64,000 nucleotides of DNA from an uncultured Acidobacteriota bacterium (lineage in GTDB: Bacteria; Actinomycetota; Acidimicrobiia; Spongiisociales; ZC4RG35), in assembly GCA_963828465.1 (NCBI GenBank), contig CAWHEU010000020.1:203635-267634 (forward strand). Reading direction: 5' to 3'. The notes under the pieces were generated by a model that did no database searches, was not told where the DNA came from, and was given only the letters and a program-made list of their open reading frames with translations. A program made the position numbers and the translations under genes. Shown piece by piece: positions 38,496 through 50,066 of the stretch (its first letter is position 1; each line of letters starts with the position of its first letter).

Positions 38496-39466
38496 CTGAG
38501 CACGACTCCTGGACCGGTGACGATCTTGCCGATGACCCGCCCTTCGTGGGCAGAGACGCTCGAGATCACCGATTCCACGGCTTCTGGAGCCACCACCAGG
38601 CAGAAGCCGATCCCCATGTTGAAAGTGGACCGCATCTCGGCCACCGCGACACCACGTGACGCAATGGTCTCGAAGACCGGCGGCACGTTCCAGGCATCTG
38701 TGTCCAGTTGGGCGCCCAATCCGGAAGGGAGGGCCCTTGCCAGATTCCCGGCCAGCCCACCACCGGTGATGTGCGCCGCGGCCCGCACCCCGCCACTCTC
38801 TACCGCTCTCAGGACATCCGGTGAGTAGATGACCGAAGGTTCGAGAAATCGGTCGAGCTGGGATTCGATGTCGTCGCCAAACAGCGCGCGGACGAGAGAG
38901 AAGCCATTCGATCGCAGGTTGGGTGAGACGAGTCCCACGACGACGTCACCCTCGGCCACCAGGGTCGGGCCCAACTCCTGGCCTCGCTCCACGATGCCCA
39001 TGACCGCGCCGGCCAGGTCGACGGCATCGGGCTCCATCACTCCGGGGTGCTCGGCGGTCTCCCCGCCCAGCAAGGGGCACCCGGCGATGGCACATGCCGC
39101 AGCCACCGATTCGACGATGGCCCGGTCGCGCGTCGCGTTCAGGGCGCCAACGGCTAGGTAGTCGACGAATCCGAGGGGTCTCGCCCCGACCGCGGCGAGG
39201 TCGTCGACACACATGGCAACGAGGTCCTGGCCAACCCCATCCCAGCGACCGGCCCTCCTCGCCAGCTCCAGCTTCGTTCCCACCCCGTCGGTCGACATCA
39301 TCAGCACGGGCTCGCGGTATCCGGCGGGAATGGTGACGCCCGCCGCGAAGCCGCCGAAGTTGCCGATGACGTCTTCGGTCCATGTGGCGGTCACCGGATT
39401 GGCGATAGCCTCGACGTGCCGGTCGGCGCCTTCCAGATCTACCCCGGCCTCCCCGTAGGTGGTCAT
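38492..39466 (-). CDS. purM: Phosphoribosylformylglycinamidine cyclo-ligase
   Basis: YGEAGVD, STDGVGTK, GGETAEHPG, AHITGGG, TFNMGIG. Confidence 0.95.
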   Translation of the reverse strand: MTTYGEAGVDLEGADRHVEAIANPVTATWTEDVIGNFGGFAAGVTIPAGYREPVLMMSTDGVGTKLELARRAGRWDGVGQDLVAMCVDDLAAVGARPLGFVDYLAVGALNATRDRAIVESVAAACAIAGCPLLGGETAEHPGVMEPDAVDLAGAVMGIVERGQELGPTLVAEGDVVVGLVSPNLRSNGFSLVRALFGDDIESQLDRFLEPSVIYSPDVLRAVESGGVRAAAHITGGGLAGNLARALPSGLGAQLDTDAWNVPPVFETIASRGVAVAEMRSTFNMGIGFCLVVAPEAVESVISSVSAHEGRVIGKIVTGPGVVLR

Positions 39467-40896
39467 TAGGACCGCTCGAGCTGAAACTTGTCTGCTGCCT
39501 CCGGTACCTCGGTCGGATAGTTGCCGGAGAGACAAGCCGTGCAGAACCCGGCGTCGGCGACTCCAGTCGCATCGAGCAGGCCCTGCAGTGACAGGTAGCC
39601 GAGGGAGTCGGCCCCGATGTGCTCTCTGATCTCGTCGACCTCGAGGGATGCCGCGATGAGTGTGCTCCGGTCCGACGTGTCCATGCCGTAGAAGCAGGGC
39701 CAGCGGTAAGGAGGCGAAGACACGCGGAGATGGACTTCGGTCGCCCCGGCGTCGCGCACCATGTGGACCAGCTTCCGGGTGGTCGAGCCGCGCACGATCG
39801 AGTCGTCGACCAGGACCACCCGCTTTCCCCTGAGATTGTCGGGGATGGGGTTCAGCTTGAGCCGGATCCCTCGATCGCGGAGGCTCTGGCTGGGCTCGAT
39901 GAAGGTACGGCCGATATAGCGGTTCTTGACCAGGCCGTCGGAGTAGGGAATGCCGCTCGCGGCAGCGAATCCCTGTGCAGCCGGTAGCCCTGACTCGGGT
40001 ACCGGGACGACCACGTCGGCGTCGGCCGGGTGCTCGGCGGCCAATGTCTCGCCCATCTGCCGTCTCGCCGCGTGGATCCCACGCCCGTACATCTGGCTGT
40101 CGGGCCGGGCGAAGTAGACGAACTCGAAGAGACAGAGTGTCGGGTCTGTGGTCGAGAACGGGTAGAAGCTGTGCACCCCGACTGCGTCGATAACCACCAT
40201 CTCCCCGGCCGCGATCTCGCGGACGAATCTCGCACCCACCAGATCGAGGGCGGCAGTCTCCGAGGACAGAACCCATCCGCCATCGGGCAATGATCCGAGG
40301 CAGAGAGGGCGGAACCCGTTGGGGTCCCGCAACCCGATGACGTGGCCCTGATCCATGATCACCAGCGAGAAGGCGCCCTCCCAGGTCGGGGCGACCTCCA
40401 TCACCGCCATTTCGAGGCCACGCTGGTCGGAGCGCTCGTCGTCGATGGCCCGGGCGATGCCTTCGGCCATGAGGTCCGAGTCGGTCGTCGCCCCCCGGAT
40501 TCCGAGGCGCTCGGCCAGTTGGGGGGTGTTGGTCAGGTTCCCGTTGTGCCCGAGGGCGATGCTCGTGGCACCGACCTGTCGATGCGCCGGCTGGGCGTTG
40601 GCCCAATTGTTGGAGCCCGTCGTGGAGTAGCGGGTGTGTCCGATGCCGAGATGACCGTCCAGACCGGCGAGAGCGGGCTCGTCGAAGACCTGGGACACGA
40701 GGCCCAGGTCCTTGAACACCGTGACCGTCTCCCCGTTCGATGTCGCAATGCCGGCTGACTCCTGGCCCCGATGCTGGAGGCCGTAAAGGCCGAAGTAGAT
40801 CAGACTGGAGACTCGTTGCCGGGGTGTGTAGGCGGCGAAGACCCCACACGCCTCGCGGGGGCCCTTGGTGAGCAGGACGGCTACCTCCTTGGCCAC
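39466..40896 (-). CDS. purF: Amidophosphoribosyltransferase
   Basis: Propeptide then CGVF, QHRGQESAG, VDDSIVRGST, FCTACLSG. Confidence 0.96.
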   Translation of the reverse strand: MAKEVAVLLTKGPREACGVFAAYTPRQRVSSLIYFGLYGLQHRGQESAGIATSNGETVTVFKDLGLVSQVFDEPALAGLDGHLGIGHTRYSTTGSNNWANAQPAHRQVGATSIALGHNGNLTNTPQLAERLGIRGATTDSDLMAEGIARAIDDERSDQRGLEMAVMEVAPTWEGAFSLVIMDQGHVIGLRDPNGFRPLCLGSLPDGGWVLSSETAALDLVGARFVREIAAGEMVVIDAVGVHSFYPFSTTDPTLCLFEFVYFARPDSQMYGRGIHAARRQMGETLAAEHPADADVVVPVPESGLPAAQGFAAASGIPYSDGLVKNRYIGRTFIEPSQSLRDRGIRLKLNPIPDNLRGKRVVLVDDSIVRGSTTRKLVHMVRDAGATEVHLRVSSPPYRWPCFYGMDTSDRSTLIAASLEVDEIREHIGADSLGYLSLQGLLDATGVADAGFCTACLSGNYPTEVPEAADKFQLERS

Positions 40897-40928
40897 GGTC
40901 TCATCGTAGGGCGCGGCGGGCGGTCGAC

Positions 40929-41453
40929 CTATTCAGTCCCTGATCCGGCTCCAAGGTGCCCTCGGTACCTCTCCATCAGCTCCTGGTAGTGGTCGACGCC
41001 CTCGTCGGCTCTCTCGACCTCTGCCTCGGTCAGCTCCCGCACCGGCTTGGCCGGGATGCCCAACCCCAGAGTCCAGGGCGGTATCTCCTTGCCTTCAGCA
41101 AGGACGGAGCCCGAGGCGAGCCAGGCACCTTCGCCCAGACGTGAGCGGTTGAGCAGCTTGGCGCCGATCCCGATGAGACACCTGTCCCCGACCAGGGCAC
41201 CGTGGACGACGGCTGCGTGGCCGACTGTCACCCGCCTCCCGAGCAAGCACGGCACGTCGTCGTCACAGTGGAGGACCGAGTTGTCCTGGATGTTCGTCTC
41301 TGCACCGACTTCGACACGATCGAGTTCCGCCCGAATCACCACCCCAAAGAGGACGAAAACCCCGGTGTCGAGGGTCACATCCCCGTAAATGTGGGCCCCC
41401 GGAGCCACGAAAGCCCCAGGATCGATCTTCGGCTCGGGCAGGTGGAGGGGCAC
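40929..41453 (-). CDS. Gamma carbonic anhydrase family protein
   Basis: Hexapeptide repeats; NIQDNSVLH, VTVGHAAVVHG. Confidence 0.88.
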   Translation of the reverse strand: MPLHLPEPKIDPGAFVAPGAHIYGDVTLDTGVFVLFGVVIRAELDRVEVGAETNIQDNSVLHCDDDVPCLLGRRVTVGHAAVVHGALVGDRCLIGIGAKLLNRSRLGEGAWLASGSVLAEGKEIPPWTLGLGIPAKPVRELTEAEVERADEGVDHYQELMERYRGHLGAGSGTE

Positions 41454-41530
41454 GGGTGCGAGGTTAGGAGTCGACGCGGGGTCGTCGTGTACGACATCCT
41501 GGGTGATGCTGGCGACGAGACTTGGGAGGG

Positions 41531-42766
41531 ATGAGCTCGGTAGACCACAAGGACGTCATCGAGGCGGCGTTCAGGGAGTCGTATGCCGTGGTCCTCTCCG
41601 GGCTGGCCACTCGATTCCGCGACATCGACCTGGCCGAGGAAGCGGTTCAGGACGCCCTTGTCGAGGCGCTCCGCAGCTGGCCGGAGAAGGGAATCCCCGA
41701 CAATCCGCCCGGCTGGATCTCGGCCGTCGCCCAGCGTCGGGGCATCGACCGCATCCGCCGCCAGGCCACGCTGGTGAGGAAGACCTCGATCCTGGCCGGC
41801 TACGAGAAGGCGGACCGTGACAGCCCTCCCGAAGTCGTGACCGACCTATCCCTCGGGGACGATCGTCTCCAGATGCTCTTCGCCTGCTGTCACCCGTCGC
41901 TGGCGACCGACAAGCAGGTCGCCCTGACCCTGCGCACCGTCGGAGGGCTCACGACATTCGAGATCGCTCACGCCTTTCTCGTGCCGGAGCCGACCATGGC
42001 CCAGCGATTGGTCAGGGCCAAGTCGAAGATCCGGGACGCCGGTATCCCGTTCCGGGTCCCCACCGGCGCCGACCTGGGCGACCGGCTCTCGGCGGTGCTC
42101 GCCGTGGTGTATCTCGTGTTCAACGAGGGCTACTTCGCCACGACCGGTGATGACCTGGTCAGGACCGACCTCGCCGAATCAGCCATCGGGCTGGGCTCAT
42201 TGATGTCAGACCTGATGCCCGAGGAACCAGAGGTACTCGGGCTCCACTCCCTGATGCTGCTCCAGCACAGCCGTCGTGATGCCCGGGTCGACGAGTTGGG
42301 CCGACTGGTCCTGCTTCGTGATCAGGATCGCTCACGCTGGGACACAGGAGCGATCGGCGACGGCCTCGACGTACTGGAACGTGCCCGGCGGCTCGGGCGA
42401 CCCGGTCCCTATCAGTTGCAAGCCGAGATAGCCGCACAACACGCCATGGCGCCGTCGACAGATGCGACCGACCGTGCCCACATCGTCGAGTTGTACGACC
42501 GCCTGACGTCCATCCACCCCGCCCCGGTGGTCCGGCTCAACCGTGCGGTCGCGGTGTTCGAGGCATTCGGCGCCATCGAAGGCCTGGCCGCGTTGGGTGA
42601 CCTGGCAGGAGAGCTCGACGGGTATCACGCCTTTCATCTCGCCCGAAGCGAGATGCTGCGCGAATTGGGCGACGAGACAGCGGCGCGTGCGGCACTGGAT
42701 CGTGCCCTCTCGCTCACCGCCAACGAGACAGAAAGACGCTTCCTCGAGGAGCGGGCCGAACTCTGA
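41531..42766 (+). CDS. ECF sigma factor with C-terminal extension (ECF42-like, DUF6596/TPR)
   Basis: [47 protein letters not shown]. Confidence 0.9.
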   Translation: MSSVDHKDVIEAAFRESYAVVLSGLATRFRDIDLAEEAVQDALVEALRSWPEKGIPDNPPGWISAVAQRRGIDRIRRQATLVRKTSILAGYEKADRDSPPEVVTDLSLGDDRLQMLFACCHPSLATDKQVALTLRTVGGLTTFEIAHAFLVPEPTMAQRLVRAKSKIRDAGIPFRVPTGADLGDRLSAVLAVVYLVFNEGYFATTGDDLVRTDLAESAIGLGSLMSDLMPEEPEVLGLHSLMLLQHSRRDARVDELGRLVLLRDQDRSRWDTGAIGDGLDVLERARRLGRPGPYQLQAEIAAQHAMAPSTDATDRAHIVELYDRLTSIHPAPVVRLNRAVAVFEAFGAIEGLAALGDLAGELDGYHAFHLARSEMLRELGDETAARAALDRALSLTANETERRFLEERAEL

Positions 42767-42773
42767 CCGAGGG

Positions 42774-43340
42774 TCAGGTGAAGCGACGCATCCCGGTGGC
42801 GAGGGCATCAGAGCTGTCCACCGAGTACCAGCTCCGGCCGTCCTCACCCCACGCCTCCCATTGTTCGGGCGTCACCGGGAGGAAGGAGACACGGTCGAGC
42901 AAGGTCTGGACCGAACCACCCGACTCCGCCTCCTCGAGGGCTTGGCCGGCGATCTGGCGCGGGTATACGGCACAAGTGACCTGACGCACCCCGCTGTGAT
43001 CGACCGGCACCACGGGCAGGTCCGATTCGACGGATGCCAGATGAGCCAGGGTTCCAGCCTGGACGAATGCGTTGTCGACCGCGACCACCAGGGCGCGGTC
43101 CTCGGTCATTCGGCTCAGGGCGGTCGCCAACCCGGCCAGGGGGCCGGAGCCGGGTGCCTCGTCGGGCCAGGTCTCATAGCCCTTGCGCTGCCCACCGAGG
43201 ACCACCACCCGGTCAGTGACCTCCGCCACGGCCGACGTCACACGGTCGAGGAGGGTGGACCCTGAGATCTCGACATCGGCCTTGTCCGTGCCCATGCGGC
43301 GACTGGCGCCACCGGCGAGGACAGCACCGAGCAGAGTCAT
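42774..43340 (-). CDS. mobA: Molybdenum cofactor guanylyltransferase
   Basis: VLAGGASRRMGTDKA, GPLAGL. Confidence 0.85.
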   Translation of the reverse strand: MTLLGAVLAGGASRRMGTDKADVEISGSTLLDRVTSAVAEVTDRVVVLGGQRKGYETWPDEAPGSGPLAGLATALSRMTEDRALVVAVDNAFVQAGTLAHLASVESDLPVVPVDHSGVRQVTCAVYPRQIAGQALEEAESGGSVQTLLDRVSFLPVTPEQWEAWGEDGRSWYSVDSSDALATGMRRFT

Positions 43341-43341
43341 C

Positions 43342-44457
43342 TCAATCTCCCAGGACGATGCCGAGGCTCCGGGCGGAGGCGACCCAGGGATGATCGAGTG
43401 GCACGAACTTGGTGATCCCCGCGATCTTCTTCAGGGGCACAGCCTCGGTCGATTGCCCTCTGGCCGCCACCAGCACCCCGTGCACGCCATCGGCGATATA
43501 TGCAGCGGTGGCCGTGCCCAGCCTCGTGGCGAGGAGACGGTCGGCGGGGGAGGGTGTGCCGCCGCGCTGCACGTGCCCGAGGATCGTCACCCTCGATTCG
43601 AGCCCGGTGACCTCCTCGAGGGCGGCGGCGAGCTTCTCGGTCCGGGCCGACCTGGCGAGGGCCGCCAGCCTCTCCTTGATGGCGCGTCGCTCCTCACCTT
43701 CGGTGCCATCGATGTCCGCCCGCAGCGAGGCCCGGAGGCGGGAGTCCTCCCTGGAATATGCGCCCTCGGCCACGGCGATGATGGAGAAGGCGCTGCCCGC
43801 CGCCTTCCTCGCCTGGATAGACGAGGCTATGGCCTCGATGTCGTATGAGATCTCGGGGACGAGGATCACATCGGCGCCGCCGGCGAGCCCCGCACCAAGC
43901 GCGAGCCACCCCACTTCATGCCCCATCACCTCGGCGAGGATGATTCGGTGATGGGAGTGAGCGGTCGAATGCAGCCGGTCGATGGCCTCAGTGGCAATCC
44001 CCATCGCGGTGTCGAAGCCGAACGTCACGTCGGTCCCCGTGACGTCGTTGTCGATTGTTTTCGGAAGGGCCAGGACCTTGATACCGACGTCCTCGAGCTT
44101 GAGAGCGTTGCGCATCGTGCCGTCGCCGCCGAGGACTACGAGGGCCTCGAGATCGTGTTGATCGACGACGTCGCGCATCAGGGACCGCATGTCCATGCGT
44201 CTGCCGTCGCCCATCTCCATCTTGTCGACCTTGGCCCGGCTGGTCCCGAGGACGGTGCCTCCCCTGGTCAGGATTCCCGACAGCGAATCGGAGTCGAATC
44301 GGACGAACCGGTTCTGCATCAGGCCCAGGAAGCCGTCGTAGAAGCCGATGACGTGCATCCCGTAGGCGCGCTGGGCGGCTTTGCCCACGGCCCTGATGGC
44401 GGCATTCAGACCGGGGCTGTCGCCGCCGGCAGTGAGTATCCCGATGCTTCTCGCCAC
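43342..44457 (-). CDS. pfkA: 6-phosphofructokinase
   Basis: [36 protein letters not shown]. Confidence 0.92.
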   Translation of the reverse strand: MARSIGILTAGGDSPGLNAAIRAVGKAAQRAYGMHVIGFYDGFLGLMQNRFVRFDSDSLSGILTRGGTVLGTSRAKVDKMEMGDGRRMDMRSLMRDVVDQHDLEALVVLGGDGTMRNALKLEDVGIKVLALPKTIDNDVTGTDVTFGFDTAMGIATEAIDRLHSTAHSHHRIILAEVMGHEVGWLALGAGLAGGADVILVPEISYDIEAIASSIQARKAAGSAFSIIAVAEGAYSREDSRLRASLRADIDGTEGEERRAIKERLAALARSARTEKLAAALEEVTGLESRVTILGHVQRGGTPSPADRLLATRLGTATAAYIADGVHGVLVAARGQSTEAVPLKKIAGITKFVPLDHPWVASARSLGIVLGD

Positions 44458-44542
44458 GATGTGATGGTATCGGGTGGCATCGTCACGCAAATTGAGACGG
44501 TGAGTGCCGGATATGACACGTCACCGTCCCAATTACTCGCAC

Positions 44543-45313
44543 TCAGGCGGATTCCTTGCGGAAGACCCGCCCTCCGTAGAAGACGCCGACCACCAGGAGA
44601 CCGATGGTGAGAACGGCGCCGAGCCAGGCGTCGGTCGAGCCGAGCTCGCCGCGATACGCCGCCCTCACCCCGTCGACGATATGGGTCAAAGGATTCACAT
44701 CGGCCATGGTCTGCAGCCAGCCCGGGGCTAGGGACATGGGGAGAAGGATCCCCGACAGGAGCAGGACTGGGAGGATCAGGCCGTTGACCACCGGAGCGAA
44801 GGAATCCTCGCTTTTCAGCTTCAAAGCAGCCCCGTAGGACAGGGCGCTGAAGGCACCGCCGAGGAGCCCCACGATGACGACGCCGATGGCCAAACCCTCG
44901 ACGGGTGCTTCGAGCCCGAAGAACGCGACCGCCACAACGGAGAGGAGGGCGCCCTGGACGAGGATGACGACGACGTCCCGGAGCACCCGGCCGAGGAGGA
45001 GCGAGCCGCGGCTCGCCGGGGTGACCCGCATCCGCTCGACTACCCCGGCCCGCCATTCGGCGATCAACCCGAAGCCGGCGAAGGCCGCTCCGAAGATGCC
45101 GAGCTGGACGAGCAGCCCTGGCACGAACACCTGCCAGGCCGAGCCCGGCGGAAAACCGGGTGCGGATGCAACCGGCTCCAGGAGCGGCCCGAACAAGATC
45201 AGGTAGAGGATGGGTTGCATCAACCCGAGGATCACCCAAACCGGGTTCCGCAGAGAGAGACGCATCGCACGGCTGAAGACCAGCCAGGTATCTGTCAGGA
45301 ATCGCATGATCAT
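44543..45313 (-). CDS. ABC-2 exporter permease
   Basis: ERMRVTP, LLSGILLP, NPLTHIVDG. Confidence 0.9.
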   Translation of the reverse strand: MIMRFLTDTWLVFSRAMRLSLRNPVWVILGLMQPILYLILFGPLLEPVASAPGFPPGSAWQVFVPGLLVQLGIFGAAFAGFGLIAEWRAGVVERMRVTPASRGSLLLGRVLRDVVVILVQGALLSVVAVAFFGLEAPVEGLAIGVVIVGLLGGAFSALSYGAALKLKSEDSFAPVVNGLILPVLLLSGILLPMSLAPGWLQTMADVNPLTHIVDGVRAAYRGELGSTDAWLGAVLTIGLLVVGVFYGGRVFRKESA

Positions 45314-45321
45314 TCGTCCTT

Positions 45322-46317
45322 TCAGGCCGCGGCCTGGTCTGTGGTGCCCGCCATTGCCTCGTCGCGGAGTGAGCGGCCGGTCATGGTGAGAAACACGTCA
45401 TCGAGAGTGGGCCGGTGCACCTCGACACCCGTGGCGTCGAGGTCGTGCTCGACCATCGCCCGGAGCAGCACAGGGAGCGCAGAAGCCCCATCGGGCACCT
45501 GGAATCGCACCTCGTTGCCCTCGATCGATGGGTCGGTGGCACCGTCGAGTCGTGAGACGAGCTCGGCAACGACCACGGTGCTTCTCTGCTGCTCGAAGCT
45601 CAGGATCACCGAGTCGCCGGCCACCCTTCGCTTGAGCTCGTCGGGAGTGCCCTGGGCCACGATGGCGCCATCGTCGATGACGAGGATGCGGTCGCACAGG
45701 ACGTCGGCCTCGTCCATGTAGTGGGTTGTGATGAACACGGTTGTGGCCATTTCGGACCTGAGTCGTCCGACGTGCTCCCACAGGTTGGCCCGCGACTGCG
45801 GATCGAGACCCGTCGAGGGCTCGTCGAGGAACACCAATCTGGGCTGGTGGACCAAGCCCATGGCGATATCGAGTCGCCGGCGCTGTCCGCCGGACAGGGT
45901 CTTGCATTGACGGGCCCAGAGACCTTCGAGGTCCAGCTGGTCGAACAGCGCCTGCCCGTTGCTCTGGGCGACTTTGGCATCGATCCCATACATGCGGGCG
46001 TGGTCGACGATCTCTTCTCCGGCTCGCGCCTCGGGGTCGGTCGAGCCGCCTTGAGCGACATAACCGATGCCTCTCCGCACGCCGACCGGGTCGGTCCTCA
46101 GATCGCACCCGGCCACCGTGGCATCGCCGCCGGTTGGCTCGAGCAGGGTGGTGAGCATCCGCAGGGTGGTGGTCTTCCCGGCGCCGTTGGGCCCGAGGAA
46201 ACCGACGATCTCACCGGCGTCCACTGTGAAGTCGACGCCGCGCACCGCCTCGATCTGTTCCTTTTTCGTCTTGTAGATCCTGCGCAGTCCGCGGGACTCG
46301 ATCATGTTCTCCGGCAT
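45322..46317 (-). CDS. ABC exporter ATP-binding protein (DrrA-like)
   Basis: GPNGAGKT, LSGGQ, LDEPSTGLD, PTLDDVF. Confidence 0.92.
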   Translation of the reverse strand: MPENMIESRGLRRIYKTKKEQIEAVRGVDFTVDAGEIVGFLGPNGAGKTTTLRMLTTLLEPTGGDATVAGCDLRTDPVGVRRGIGYVAQGGSTDPEARAGEEIVDHARMYGIDAKVAQSNGQALFDQLDLEGLWARQCKTLSGGQRRRLDIAMGLVHQPRLVFLDEPSTGLDPQSRANLWEHVGRLRSEMATTVFITTHYMDEADVLCDRILVIDDGAIVAQGTPDELKRRVAGDSVILSFEQQRSTVVVAELVSRLDGATDPSIEGNEVRFQVPDGASALPVLLRAMVEHDLDATGVEVHRPTLDDVFLTMTGRSLRDEAMAGTTDQAAA

Positions 46318-46357
46318 CGCACGCTCCTCGCGCTATACTTCGAATGGTGAGTATCTT

Positions 46358-47023
46358 ATGAATCAAGACATCAACTTGTCAAGAGATCAGCGAACGGCGG
46401 CGATGGGTCGGCTGGTCGAGTCACTCCGAGCCCTGCAATTGGCCAGTGACCTCATGGACCAGGCGTTCGCCGATTTCGTCGGCCTCAACCGAAACGATCT
46501 CCGCTGCATCGACATCGTCGATCAGCGTGGCCGCATGACCGCAGGTGAATTGGCCCGGGAGGCGGGCCTGACGACAGGTGCGGTCACGGCGCTCGTCGAC
46601 CGGATGGAGGCAGCCGGCCTCTTACGCAGGTCGTATGACCCCAAGGACCGGCGAAAGGTCTGGGTCGAACTAACCACCGAGGCGCAGAAGTTGGGCGATG
46701 AGGTATACGGACCTCTGAACCAAACTGGCCAGTCGCACCTCGCTTCGCTGAGCGATGAGCAGCTCTTCACGATCATCAGCTTCCTCGACCTGAGCCGACG
46801 GATCACGATGGAGAGCGTCGAGGCGATCCGGGGGCGCACCGCCACCAAGGCGGTGCCCCTGCGCTATCGCCTGGAGCAGGCCAAGATGCTCAAGAACGAC
46901 GCCAAGACACTGCTGAAGACGATCAAGAACGAGGTCAAGGGCCTGACCGCGATCGTCATCGACCTCCATGGGTCGAAATGGGAGCAAGACGAGAAGGGCC
47001 GCTGGGTGGAGCGGTCCGACTGA
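46358..47023 (+). CDS. MarR family regulator with C-terminal extension
   Basis: TAGELAREAGLTTGAVTALVDRME, DPKDRRKV. Confidence 0.88.
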   Translation: MNQDINLSRDQRTAAMGRLVESLRALQLASDLMDQAFADFVGLNRNDLRCIDIVDQRGRMTAGELAREAGLTTGAVTALVDRMEAAGLLRRSYDPKDRRKVWVELTTEAQKLGDEVYGPLNQTGQSHLASLSDEQLFTIISFLDLSRRITMESVEAIRGRTATKAVPLRYRLEQAKMLKNDAKTLLKTIKNEVKGLTAIVIDLHGSKWEQDEKGRWVERSD

Positions 47024-49186
47024 TCAGCCTGCCATCAAACGGGGAATAGCCCCTTCGAAGGTCTCGATCAGCTTCTGGACATCGATTGGATCAGACGAGC
47101 CCAGGACGAGGGAGTCACCGCCAATGGTTCCCACTTTCCTGCTGAGGTCTTCGGGCAACTCGACAGTGTTCGCCTCGAGCACGGCGATCAACCGATGCGG
47201 ATCCTCCGAGAACAACCTCCCCTTGTCACTCTCGGTGACGTTGGCCCCGATTTGGGACGCGATGCACACCTCCGCGATGGCCACGGCCAGGCCACCGTCC
47301 GAGATGTCGTGGAGCACCGGAACTCGATGAGCTAGCTCGGCGCCGAGGGCAACGACCTGCACCGCGGCGTCTGGGTCCGGCGCGGTCGGGCGCCCGGTCA
47401 GCTCGTCGTGGATCACCCGTTGAGTGGCAGAGCCGGACAAATTGCCACTTGCTTGGGGACCGATCTCCCATATCTCCATGCCCTCCTCTGCCCGGGAGAG
47501 CCGGGGCGGGGCTGCCGGCATCGGATCGGCCAGTCCGATCAGCCCGACCACCGGCGTGGGGTGGATGTCGACCCCGTCGGTCTCGTTGTAGAACGAGACA
47601 TTCCCGCCCACGACCGGGATCCCGAGTGCTTCACAGGCCGCCGAGATCCCCTCGACGCTCTCCTTGAACTGCCACATGACCTCTGGCTTCTCCGGGTTCC
47701 CGAAGTTCAGGTTGTCGACCACGGCCAACGGCCGGGCGCCGGTCACGGCGATGTTGAGGGCGGCCTCGTAGACCAGCCTCGAGCTGCCCTCTCTCGGGTT
47801 CAGCTGGCAGAGCCGCCCGTTGCCATCGGTGGAGACGGCCAAGCCTTTGTCGGTTCCCCTGATCCTGATCAGGGCGCCGTCGGAGCCGGGGCCGACCACC
47901 GTGTTGAGGAACAGCATGTGGTCGTACTGCTCGTGCACCCACGCCGTCGAACCGAGGGCAGGGTCGTCGAGAAGACTCAACAGGATGTCGGCTGCGTCGC
48001 CATCGAGTGCCCGGGCCGGGGTGGCCCACAACCCATCCAACCAGTCCGGCCGGCGCATCGGGCGGTCGTAGATCGGTGCATCGTCGGCCAGTGAAGCGGC
48101 CGGCACCTCGGCCACGATCTCACCCCGGTGACGCACGGTGAGAGTGCCGCCGGCCCGGACGGTGCCCACCACGGCGGAGTCGATCTCCCATTTCGTGGCG
48201 ATGGCCAGCACCTCGTCGACCAGGTCGGGGGGGACGAAGGCCATCATCCGCTCCTGGGACTCGGACATCAACAACTCGGGAGCGGTCATGCCGGTCTCCC
48301 TGACATGGACCGAGTCGAGATCGACGTCGAGCCCGACTCCCGCCCTTCCCGCCGGCTCCGAAGTGGCACAGGAGAGCCCGGCGGCACCCAGGTCCTGGAC
48401 ACCCGCCACCAATCCCCTGTCGTAGAGCTCGAGACAGGCCTCGATCAGCTTCTTCTCTTCGAAGGGATCTCCCACCTGCACACTGGGCCGCTTCTCCTGG
48501 GACTCGTCGTCGAACGAGGCAGAGGCCAGCACCGAGGCACCACCGATCCCGTCGCGGCCGGTGGCCCTGCCCAAGAGCACCGCCACCGTGCCCGGTGACC
48601 CGGCGGTCCCCAGGACCAGCTGCTCCCGACGGAGGATGCCGAGACACATCACGTTGACCAGGGGATTCCCCGAATAGCAGGGGTCGAATTCGATCTCACC
48701 ACCGACCGTGGGCACGCCGACGGCGTTGCCGTATCCGGCGATCCCCGACACGACGCCGTTGAACAGATACCTGTTCTTCGGGTCGTCTAGAGGGCCGAAT
48801 CGGATCTGGTCCCAAAGGGCGATGGGCCGCGCGCCCATCGTGAAGACGTCGCGCAGAATGCCACCGACACCGGTCGCGGCTCCCTGATAGGGCTCCACGA
48901 ACGACGGGTGGTTGTGGCTCTCGATGCGCAGGGCGGCCAGCCAGCCATCACCAAGATCGACAACGCCTGCGTTCTCCCCTGGGCCGACCACCACCCAAGG
49001 CGCCTCGGTGGGGAAACGGCGAAGGTGGGCTCGGGACGACTTGTAGGAGCAGTGCTCGGACCACATCACCGAGTACATGGCCAGCTCCGCGGGCCGCGGA
49101 TCACGCCCGAGCAGGCCAAGGACCGACTCGTGCTCCTCGTCGGTCATGCCGAGCCGTCGGTGGAGTGGCTGGGTGTCGGTTGTCAC
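47024..49186 (-). CDS. purL: FGAM synthase subunit PurL
   Basis: [39 protein letters not shown]. Confidence 0.96.
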   Translation of the reverse strand: MTTDTQPLHRRLGMTDEEHESVLGLLGRDPRPAELAMYSVMWSEHCSYKSSRAHLRRFPTEAPWVVVGPGENAGVVDLGDGWLAALRIESHNHPSFVEPYQGAATGVGGILRDVFTMGARPIALWDQIRFGPLDDPKNRYLFNGVVSGIAGYGNAVGVPTVGGEIEFDPCYSGNPLVNVMCLGILRREQLVLGTAGSPGTVAVLLGRATGRDGIGGASVLASASFDDESQEKRPSVQVGDPFEEKKLIEACLELYDRGLVAGVQDLGAAGLSCATSEPAGRAGVGLDVDLDSVHVRETGMTAPELLMSESQERMMAFVPPDLVDEVLAIATKWEIDSAVVGTVRAGGTLTVRHRGEIVAEVPAASLADDAPIYDRPMRRPDWLDGLWATPARALDGDAADILLSLLDDPALGSTAWVHEQYDHMLFLNTVVGPGSDGALIRIRGTDKGLAVSTDGNGRLCQLNPREGSSRLVYEAALNIAVTGARPLAVVDNLNFGNPEKPEVMWQFKESVEGISAACEALGIPVVGGNVSFYNETDGVDIHPTPVVGLIGLADPMPAAPPRLSRAEEGMEIWEIGPQASGNLSGSATQRVIHDELTGRPTAPDPDAAVQVVALGAELAHRVPVLHDISDGGLAVAIAEVCIASQIGANVTESDKGRLFSEDPHRLIAVLEANTVELPEDLSRKVGTIGGDSLVLGSSDPIDVQKLIETFEGAIPRLMAG

Positions 49187-49827
49187 GCTGGGACCAGCGA
49201 GTGGAGGAACCCCTCGAGGAGGACCCGTCCATCACCGGAGCCGAGCAGCTCGTCGACGCCCCGCTCGGGGTGAGGCATCACCCCGACAACATTGCCTCCG
49301 TCGTTGGCCACGGCTGCCGCCGCGTGCTGGGAGCCGTTGGGGTCGTCGAGGTATCTGAGCACGATCCGCCCCGTCCTTCCGGGATCGACCCAGTTGCCCT
49401 CGTACGAGTTGAGCGGGATTCGGATCCGTTGCCCGATCTCAGCTGACCGGGTGAGGATGCTGTCGTTGTCCGTCACCTCGAGGTCCACGAACCGGCAGAT
49501 GAAGGCCAGGTCGCGGTTGGCGATCAGGGCACCGGGCAGCATGCCGGCCTCGCACAGGACTTGAAAACCGTTGCATATCCCCAGCACCGGCGACCCTCGA
49601 GAGGCCATGCGCTCGACCTCGGCCATGACCGGAGAGAATCGGGCGATAGCCCCGGTGCGGAGATAGTCCCCATGGGCGAATCCACCCGGCAAGACCACAC
49701 CATCGAATCCGGACAAGTCGGTCTCCCGGTGCCAGACCAGTTCGACCTCGCCACCGAGTGAGGTGAGGGCATGCGCGACGTCCTGCTCGCAGTTGGTGCC
49801 GGGGAAGACCACGACAGCCGTCCTCAT
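49183..49827 (-). CDS. purQ: FGAM synthase glutaminase subunit PurQ
   Basis: FPGTNC, GICNGFQ, MPHPER. Confidence 0.95.
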   Translation of the reverse strand: MRTAVVVFPGTNCEQDVAHALTSLGGEVELVWHRETDLSGFDGVVLPGGFAHGDYLRTGAIARFSPVMAEVERMASRGSPVLGICNGFQVLCEAGMLPGALIANRDLAFICRFVDLEVTDNDSILTRSAEIGQRIRIPLNSYEGNWVDPGRTGRIVLRYLDDPNGSQHAAAAVANDGGNVVGVMPHPERGVDELLGSGDGRVLLEGFLHSLVPA

Positions 49828-50066
49828 CCGGTGACCTCCACGCTGAAGTCCTCGAGAACGGGGTTGGCCAGCACCTTGCGGCACATCTCCTCCACCCGGC
49901 TCTGCACTATGGCGGGGTCGTCGCCGTCCACCTCGAGATGGATCACCCGGTCGACTCTCACCGACATCACCTCATTGTTGCCCAGATCGTGGAGTGCCCG
50001 TTGGATCGTTGTCCCCTGTGGGTCGGCGATCTCGGGTCGTCTTGTGATCTCTACAGTGACCTTCAT
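49824..50066 (-). CDS. purS: FGAM synthase subunit PurS
   Basis: DPQGTTI...LANPVLE. Confidence 0.93.
   Translation of the reverse strand: MKVTVEITRRPEIADPQGTTIQRALHDLGNNEVMSVRVDRVIHLEVDGDDPAIVQSRVEEMCRKVLANPVLEDFSVEVTG

Noticed and set aside
38492-40849. 785-aa ORF suggesting a long purM fusion
   Set aside because: The upstream part is an off-frame shadow of purF; purM starts at the TAATG overlap at 39466
43640-43770. Helical insertion in PfkA
   Set aside because: In frame, and similar insertions occur in this Pfk subgroup; no intein motifs
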